The notes under the pieces were generated by a model, which was not told where the DNA came from, ran no database searches, and saw nothing but the letters and a program-made list of their open reading frames with translations. Position numbers and translations under genes: made by a program. Shown here piece by piece: positions 49,480 to 55,891 of a stretch of DNA of 55,891 nucleotides; position 1 is the first letter of the stretch, and each line of letters begins with the position of its first letter. This DNA is from Planctomycetota bacterium (GTDB lineage: Bacteria; Planctomycetota; Planctomycetia; JALXBF01), in assembly GCA_026991575.1 (NCBI GenBank), contig JALXBF010000104.1:1-55891 (forward strand), read 5' to 3'.

Positions 49480-50409
49480 ATGCTAAACGCGTTCACGGTT
49501 GACGTCGAGGATTACTTCCATGCCGCGAACCTTGCGGTACCACCACGCGATTGGGAGACGCTGCCCCAGCGAGTTGTCCCCAACACATTGAAACTCCTCG
49601 AACTGCTGGCTGAGCACGGTGTGAAGGCGACTTTCTTCGTGCTCGGCTGGGTGGCGAAGCGCTACCCTCACCTGGTGCGCGAAGTCGATCGAGCCGGCCA
49701 CGAAATCGGCAGCCACAGTTTCTGGCACCGCTACGTGTACGAGCTGTCGCCGGAGGAATTCCGCAGGGATCTGCGCGAGAGCCGGGCGGTGCTGGAGGAC
49801 CTGACGGGCAAGCCGGTGACGGCTTTTCGCGCACCGACGTTCTCGATCACAGACCGGTCCCTGTGGGCGCTGGACGTCTTGGCTGAGGAAGGATTCACGC
49901 TGGATTCGAGCATTTTCCCGATCCATCATGACCGTTACGGCATTCCGCACGCCCCGGCAGAGCCGTTTGATGTGTTGACTGCTTCGGGAAGGATCCGCGA
50001 GGTTCCCCCGGGCGTGTGTCGGCTGGGATCGGGAAGGCTTGGATCTGGGCTGAATTTTCCGATCGGCGGCGGAGGGTATTTCCGGTTGCTTCCGGTTCGG
50101 CTGTTTGTCTCGTTGGTACGTCGCGTGAACGAGGTGGAAAAGCGGCCGGTGGTGTTTTACCTCCATCCGTGGGAGCTGGATCCGCATCAGCCCTGTCTGG
50201 CCACCGGCGTACTCAACCGCTGGCGTCAACGTCAGGGCCTGAGCAGCTGCCTCCCCAAACTCCGCCGCCTTCTGCGCACCTTCCCCTTCGGGCCCCTCAC
50301 TGCCATTACCGCACCCGCTCGCACACTCGTCCCGGACGACCTGCAGGGGCGTCTTAACGGCAAGCCCGTTTTGGCTACGGCTCCGTTCACCGTCAGGGTG
50401 CTTGGCTGA
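49480..50409 (+). CDS. PEP-CTERM/exosortase-associated polysaccharide deacetylase (DUF3473)
   Basis: NAFTVDVEDYF, ATFFVLGWVA, GHEIGSH, FRAPTFSI, GGGYFRL and FYLHPWELD motifs. Confidence 0.93.
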   Translation: MLNAFTVDVEDYFHAANLAVPPRDWETLPQRVVPNTLKLLELLAEHGVKATFFVLGWVAKRYPHLVREVDRAGHEIGSHSFWHRYVYELSPEEFRRDLRESRAVLEDLTGKPVTAFRAPTFSITDRSLWALDVLAEEGFTLDSSIFPIHHDRYGIPHAPAEPFDVLTASGRIREVPPGVCRLGSGRLGSGLNFPIGGGGYFRLLPVRLFVSLVRRVNEVEKRPVVFYLHPWELDPHQPCLATGVLNRWRQRQGLSSCLPKLRRLLRTFPFGPLTAITAPARTLVPDDLQGRLNGKPVLATAPFTVRVLG

Positions 50410-50648
50410 GGGCGGCAGAAGAGCTGCGTTGGGCAGGCGCCGACAGAAACGCTGGATCGGGTAACCGGGGGGCCTGGTTCGGTAGCACGGGGGCGGCGCA
50501 TTTCACGGCGCAACAATGTGCGCGTATCGCGTTTCCCGCGCGATCGAACGTGGGGAACCCGGACGCGGGGAAAAGGCAAAGGCCAGTGGCTGCTTTCCAT
50601 CGATGCGCGGTGCCCGTAGAGAACCACAACGTGGGGCGAACCGAGAGC

Positions 50649-51524
50649 ATGCACCGAGACGTCCGTTGGCTTGTACTTGACCAGTGGGTTGAGGGTGACG
50701 GTGAGTTTCTTAGGCGCTACCGGACACCAGGTTGGAAGAGCGTGATGGACCTGGGACTGGGGATCCCGTTGTTCCTGGTGTCGCTGCCTTTGATGCTGGT
50801 GATCGCCATTCTCGTGCGCCTGACCTCCAGAGGGCCTGCTCTGTTTACTCAGGAGCGGGTTGGTGAGCGTGGCCGCATCTACACGCTATACAAGTTTCGG
50901 TCGATGAGAGTGGATGCGGAGGCAAAAACGGGGCCACGGTGGGCAACGCAAGACGACCCTCGCCAGACGCCGCTCGGCCGGTACCTACGGAAACTCCATC
51001 TAGACGAGCTGCCGAATCTCTGGAATGTCCTACGCGGCGAGATGTCGCTTGTCGGCCCCCGCCCTGAGCGCCCGCCCTTTGTGCGCACGCTGGCGGCTAC
51101 GATACCGGGTTATGTGAATCGGTTAGCGGTCCGGCCAGGAATCACGGGGCTTGCTCAGATCCTGCTACCGCCGGACACGTGCACGGACGATGTACGAAGG
51201 AAACTCGTCGTTGATATGTACTACATCCAGAACCAGAGTGTAACTTTGGATCTCAAGATCCTCGCTGTGACGTTCCTTAGGCTGTGCCGGGTTCCGCTAT
51301 CCTGGTGCTTATGGCTGACTCGCTTACCTTCGCTCGAGGATATAGGTGTGCCTAATAGGGAAGAAAGACGAGAGGACACGTGTCGGGCCGCAGGAAGGGA
51401 AACAGATGCGTCCGCAGACCAGAGTTTGGGAGGCGCGCGTAGGTCTCTATGGCGTTGTCAAGGTGGACCGGCGGACGCATCCGGAACGGAAATCCTGGCT
51501 CACAGGCACCCGGATCAGGGGTGA
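50649..51524 (+). CDS. Initiating polyprenyl-phosphate sugar transferase (WcaJ/WbaP C-domain)
   Basis: YKFRSM, DDPR.T..G..LRK.HLDELP, GEMSLVGPRPERP and RPGITGLAQ motifs. Confidence 0.93.
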   Translation: MHRDVRWLVLDQWVEGDGEFLRRYRTPGWKSVMDLGLGIPLFLVSLPLMLVIAILVRLTSRGPALFTQERVGERGRIYTLYKFRSMRVDAEAKTGPRWATQDDPRQTPLGRYLRKLHLDELPNLWNVLRGEMSLVGPRPERPPFVRTLAATIPGYVNRLAVRPGITGLAQILLPPDTCTDDVRRKLVVDMYYIQNQSVTLDLKILAVTFLRLCRVPLSWCLWLTRLPSLEDIGVPNREERREDTCRAAGRETDASADQSLGGARRSLWRCQGGPADASGTEILAHRHPDQG

Positions 51525-51719
51525 GAGATGATGTTCGGGAACACGGTTCGCCTTTCGTGACATCGATCCTGATCAGATTCTGAGCGTAGGGTGGGGAGGC
51601 CAATTGAGCCAGTGCAGAAGGTACTGTGCCCGAATCACCACACTTGGCCCCTGGATTCGTAGCTGACGCGGTAGCGGAGTGCCTACACCCGCCGGCGGAG
51701 GATGGCATGGCCCGGACGA

Positions 51720-52490
51720 TGATGGTTGTTGTTGGGGGGTATCTCCGGAAGATACAGGCCCCAAGTCGTCACTGTGCCAATCGCACCGTCCGCTGGTGAG
51801 CATGCTTGTGCTGGCCTCGTCGTGGGTGCTGTAGGGAACGAGGAGTTCTTAGGCGATAGAGGAGTGGTGCCTTAGGACGGAGAAGTTCTATCCCAAGTGG
51901 TTCAAGCTACCGCATGGGATTCTGTCATATCAAAGATCTGCATGCGTGTTTGAGGTCATAGAGCCAAGGTGGGTGATCGGAGCGTCGACCCGGTGGGGAT
52001 CGGAATTGCATGCACGTCGCGGGGTGGGTGGGCGGCCGTTGGTCGCGATAGACGAACTGGCGTTGTGAGGGGCGCCGCGTGGCCGGCGGTGAGGGGTGCT
52101 GGAGGTAGTGATGGCATGAGCCACGAAGGAGGGCCGTGTGTTGGGCGAGATTGGGGCGAATCGGATTCCAATAAGACAGGCAAGCCCGAATGTAACTGAG
52201 ACGCTTGAAGTGAAGGGCGCCGTCGTCACAGGCGAAGCGGGTCGGTCACATCGCACAAGGGGGTGTGGCGGGCTGCGGGCTGTCATTGGAGGGAAAGCAG
52301 CCGACGGCCTACCAGCCGGTGCAGGAGGAATCTGTGACCACGGGTCGAACTGGACACCTGTCCAGATCTCCGATCTGTTTCCGCGCAGGAGCGTGCGCAT
52401 GGCCGTAGCGAGCGTCGTAGCGCGAAGACAGCGCCGGCACCGTCGGAGAGTCGCGCGCTGCCTGGCCGGGGCGATGTCGGGGCGATGAAC
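51720..52490 (+). mobile_element. ISAs1-family transposase relic
   Basis: PLVSMLVL, KLPHGI, RPLVAIDE, VMA*ATKEGRVLGEI, LEVKGAVVT, LEGKQPT and HGRSERR in ISAs1 order, with stops and frameshifts. Confidence 0.8.
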
Positions 52491-52509
52491 ACACTCACCC
52501 TCGTAAACA

Positions 52510-52965
52510 TACTCATCGGTGCCTAGCGTCCGGCCCAAACGACCACCCCTCCTAGCCCCTCATGAGATTCCGCTGCAGCTTGCTCTCATCTCCAAACACC
52601 ACCATCTCGTCCACCCCACCCTCTGCAGCTGCCGCTGGATGTGCCGTAACCCGCGCAATGCGCGCCACTTAGGTCACGGCCTGACAACAGACTGCTTCGA
52701 TTGCACCCAGCGAATACCCAGTCCCCGCAGATAACGCCACATCGTCGCTAGCGGCACCCGCACCACCAAACGATCCGCCGCCAGCCGAACAAACCGTCTC
52801 ACTGTCCAGTAGTTCCAGTCATAACCAAACGCCCACCGTCCCTGCCGCGCTGTCTAGCAGCAACCTGGCAAACTCTGCCATCAAGCGCTTCGGCCGGTCC
52901 CGAGCGCGCCGCCCGTCGGACAAAGCCTCGCGAGCTTTCTGGATTAGACGCTCCGTCGCCACCGG
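52510..52965 (-). mobile_element. IS630-family transposase relic
   Basis: AFGYDWNYWTVRR...VRVPLATMWRYLRGLGYS (winged HTH), then VVFGDESK (first DDE Asp). Frameshifted. Confidence 0.65.
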
Positions 52966-53645
52966 AAAAACTGATCACTGCGGCTAAGCGGGCCCCTTCC
53001 CCGTAACTCAGCTTGCCCATAGGATAAGGAATCCCAGAGATGGGCATCCGTAGCGTGCCGTCCCTGGTATGTTGGCCCAACCGCTTCGACCGATTCCGCT
53101 CACCACACAGCAGCCAACTCCAACGGCGTTTTAGTGTTCTCTGCCGCGCTCCTCGGCCCACGGCGGCTCCTCCTCGTGATTCTCGCGCCAGCATCCTTGC
53201 ACGGGAGCGACCGAGAAGGAAGCTACTCTGCCCCCCCGACAAGCCAGCGGCCGATTGGCGAGAACCCGGTATGGCCGGACCGACAGAAGCGACGACGGAA
53301 AGGCACCACTTTGGCCGGCCCTAGAGCCACGGGTGTCGTGTGCCCCATGTCGGCCGCGGGGACCAAGTGAAAGAAGGCCTTTCCATGGGCCTCCCGGGCA
53401 CCCGCTGCTGTGCTACGTTGCAGTGTATGCCCCTTACCGCGACGTGGATGGGCGATGCGGCCGACTCGCCCGGGACGCGGACTAGTGCCCATACAGTGTG
53501 CACGCGACTTCGCCGGGCCGCAACCGTATGCGACTATCCGGAGCGACGCAATGCCATGGGCCGCCCCGGTGTCCGGATTCGGTGTTCCTGAGAAGAAGCC
53601 TCGCCGGCGAGGCGACTCTATCACTTTTATCGCAAATTGTCGCAG

Positions 53646-54998
53646 ATGAGTCTCACAGCGCTTGCCTGGATCCTGGGCCTCCTTGTCCTAACCATCGGCG
53701 CCGTAGCCCGCTCCAGTTGGGCAATCGGGCTCTACTTCTATACGTTCTTCATGTTACCTGACTTCTGGTGGTGGGGACGCTCCGCCGGGCTGCACGGCTA
53801 CCGGTGGTCGCTAATGAGCGGTGTACTGTCGCTCATCCTCATTTGGGTGCATTGCCGTCGCCGCGGACGCCGGTTTATGAGGGTCGATGGCGCGGTGGAT
53901 CTGTTGGCAATCGCCATCTTAGTGAATGCGACGCTCGTCCATATGTTCCTGGCACCAAACTGGGCTATCAGCCTACATGCCTACCAATACGTGGCGAAGT
54001 TCGTGCTCTTGTACTTCATGATTCGTGATGCCATTGCGACCAGGAAGGACCTGTGGACAGTAATGCTGATGCTGCTCCTCTTCGCTGGCTACATAGGCTA
54101 CGAGGTGACAATCAACGACCGCGGCAATATCCAGCGCGGCCGCCTTGAGGGGGTGGGAGCCCCCGGGGCAAGGGGGGCGAACCAGCTAGCTTGCCTAATG
54201 ATAACGATCCTGCCATTGGTTAGCACGAACCTTATCGGCCCAGGTTGGACGCGTAAGGCATTGACGGTATGCCTTGCACCGCTCGTCTTGAACGTGGTTC
54301 TCGAGGCGAACAGCCGCGGTGGATTTCTAGCCGGCATCGGATCGGCGATCGTCTTCTACCTGATGAGCCCTCGAGGTGCCCGGCGTTATGCTGCATACGG
54401 CTTGTGTGCGGGGGCGATGGCGCTATGGGTGCTGCTCGGTGATCCGAGGATTGTGGAGCGCTTCATGACGACCTTCGTGCCGAGTTGGGAGCGGGACCGG
54501 GCGGCGGCGGAACGTTTGATTCTGTGGCGGGCTGGGCTTGCGATGGTAGCCGACCACCCGTTCGGGTCTGGAGGGGCTGGGTTCAAACTAGTACGCGGCA
54601 GGGCGTACATGCCGGACGTGGGGTTGCAATATAACGTGCGCTCGGTGCACAATGGATATATTAACGAGATGTGCGAGTGGGGGATCCAAGGATTGCTGTT
54701 GAAACTGGGCTTCCTGGGGTTGGCTGCGGTCGGTGCATGGCGGACGTCCAGAATGCTGAGTGCGCGCGGGGAGACGCGGGATGCGCTCGTTGGGGCAGCG
54801 ATCGTGGCGGGAATGGCGGGATTCGGTGTAGCTGCTGTATTTGGGGATTATATGGATGCAGAATGGGGCTACTGGATGGCGGGCTTCGCAGTAGCGTATC
54901 GTAGGATATTTGGTGGAGGTGAGAGGAGAGCCACAGGGAGGACGATCCGACATGTGGCGGAGGTATGGAGGGAGCGGGCTGCTCCGGTTGCGGTGTGA
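53646..54998 (+). CDS. O-antigen ligase/Wzy-like membrane protein
   Basis: Polytopic. NQLA, NSRGGFL, ERLILWRAGLAMVADHPFG and VHNGY..E.G motifs. Confidence 0.9.
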   Translation: MSLTALAWILGLLVLTIGAVARSSWAIGLYFYTFFMLPDFWWWGRSAGLHGYRWSLMSGVLSLILIWVHCRRRGRRFMRVDGAVDLLAIAILVNATLVHMFLAPNWAISLHAYQYVAKFVLLYFMIRDAIATRKDLWTVMLMLLLFAGYIGYEVTINDRGNIQRGRLEGVGAPGARGANQLACLMITILPLVSTNLIGPGWTRKALTVCLAPLVLNVVLEANSRGGFLAGIGSAIVFYLMSPRGARRYAAYGLCAGAMALWVLLGDPRIVERFMTTFVPSWERDRAAAERLILWRAGLAMVADHPFGSGGAGFKLVRGRAYMPDVGLQYNVRSVHNGYINEMCEWGIQGLLLKLGFLGLAAVGAWRTSRMLSARGETRDALVGAAIVAGMAGFGVAAVFGDYMDAEWGYWMAGFAVAYRRIFGGGERRATGRTIRHVAEVWRERAAPVAV

Positions 54999-55891
54999 AA
55001 GGAGAACAGGCGCGAGGAGCGCGCTGGGCTGAGGCGGGGGCGGCGGAGCGAAAGGCGGCTCTCGGCCAGGGCCTTAGGTCCCTCTGACTTGGGGGCGTCG
55101 CCGGGCCGGGTTCTGGTGGCCAGAGGGTGGTCGTAGATGCTGAGGGCGGTGAGGCCGTACAGAGGGACGTATCGGCTCTGGGGTAGGCCTCCGTGGGATG
55201 GGCTAGTCAGGATAGGCGCGTGAGAGGCGGAGAGCTGCGGACGAGCGCAGGGCGACGGTGGAAAGCGATTCGCTACCACAGGATCCTCAGCTGGGATGCA
55301 TTCAAGGAACCTGGCGCGCAGCGAATCTGTTCTCTCGCCATACGCTGACGCTAAGCAGGAAGGCCTGCTCGTTCCGTTGTGGACGGCTCGGTCCGGCAAT
55401 CGGCAAGCAGCAGCCGCAGGAACGCAGTTCAGCTCGCATGGTGATAGCGCGGATGATGTGTGTGCGCTATCTCGCTGGTGTGCTGTCGTGCACGTGAGTA
55501 GTAACGCACTGGATGCCATCACGAAGGAGTTCCGAGGGGCGGCTGGGGCAGGTCGAGCTGAGGTCCAGTGGGATTCCTGGCAGGCTACACAGGGAGGCGG
55601 AGGCCTTTCACGTAGGGATGGCAAAGCGGTTGCCGGCGAGCGCAGCCCCCACTCCATTGTGTCGACTGTGACGTCAACACCGTCGCCGTACAAGCGTATC
55701 AGCGATGACGGTCGTTGTCCACGACAACTCGGCAGGTCGCTGACGTCTGCTACGTTTCAGTACGGGCGTGTCCGCGGGGAGGCGCAGCTTTCACTGCGCG
55801 TGGTCTGGGACTGAGTCCGTAGGCAGCGCCCGCGGGCCCGCAGGCACCGGCCATTCCTGTCGTGGACGTGGCCAGGGAGCGGTGCAGAGAG

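Noticed and set aside
52136..52310. GTGTG...CCCGAATGTAACTGA...GAAGGGCGCCGTCGT looked like a group II intron 5' end
   Set aside because: Translation shows it is the continuous middle of the ISAs1 transposase relic (ATKEGRVLGEI...LEVKGAVVT).
55000..55891. ORFs 54869..55693 (-) and 55296..55814 (+)
   Set aside because: Low-complexity translations without recognisable domains. Probably non-coding or an unidentifiable relic.
1..55891. CRISPR array, cas genes, intact RT/retron or prophage
   Set aside because: No regularly spaced repeats or diagnostic protein motifs were seen on either strand.

Overview
GC-rich bacterial window that is most consistent with a Planctomycetota chromosome. The evidence is PEP-CTERM proteins, a Cys-type sulfatase, DUF1573/MauE/GT39 genes, zinc-ribbon membrane proteins and an mfnB-like relic. 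1-8 kb: housekeeping-like genes (MBL hydrolase, ABC permease, M50 protease, HTH-acidic membrane protein, aguA) and tRNA-Arg(CCG). 9-26 kb: secreted, zinc-ribbon and HEAT envelope proteins, a Tat substrate plus sulfatase, and a 1750-aa polytopic membrane protein. 26.6-32.8 kb: a compact operon of MauE-thioredoxin, a DUF1573 lipoprotein, a 14-Cys secreted protein, a C-terminally anchored protein and a GT39-like glycosyltransferase. Its candidate sigma70 promoter has an (AG)7 repeat as the -35/-10 spacer. 37-41 kb: two paralogous PEP-CTERM genes, each preceded by a small ORF with a signal-like N-terminus and a C-terminal PPxPPP. 44-55 kb: an exosortase-type EPS locus with a consensus sigma54 promoter 1.5 kb upstream. 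Intergenic spaces hold heavily eroded relics: two group II intron remnants, IS5-, ISAs1-, IS630- and IS1182-like fragments, and an mfnB pseudogene. No CRISPR array, intact RT or integrase was seen. All family calls are from motif recognition by eye, with no database searches.
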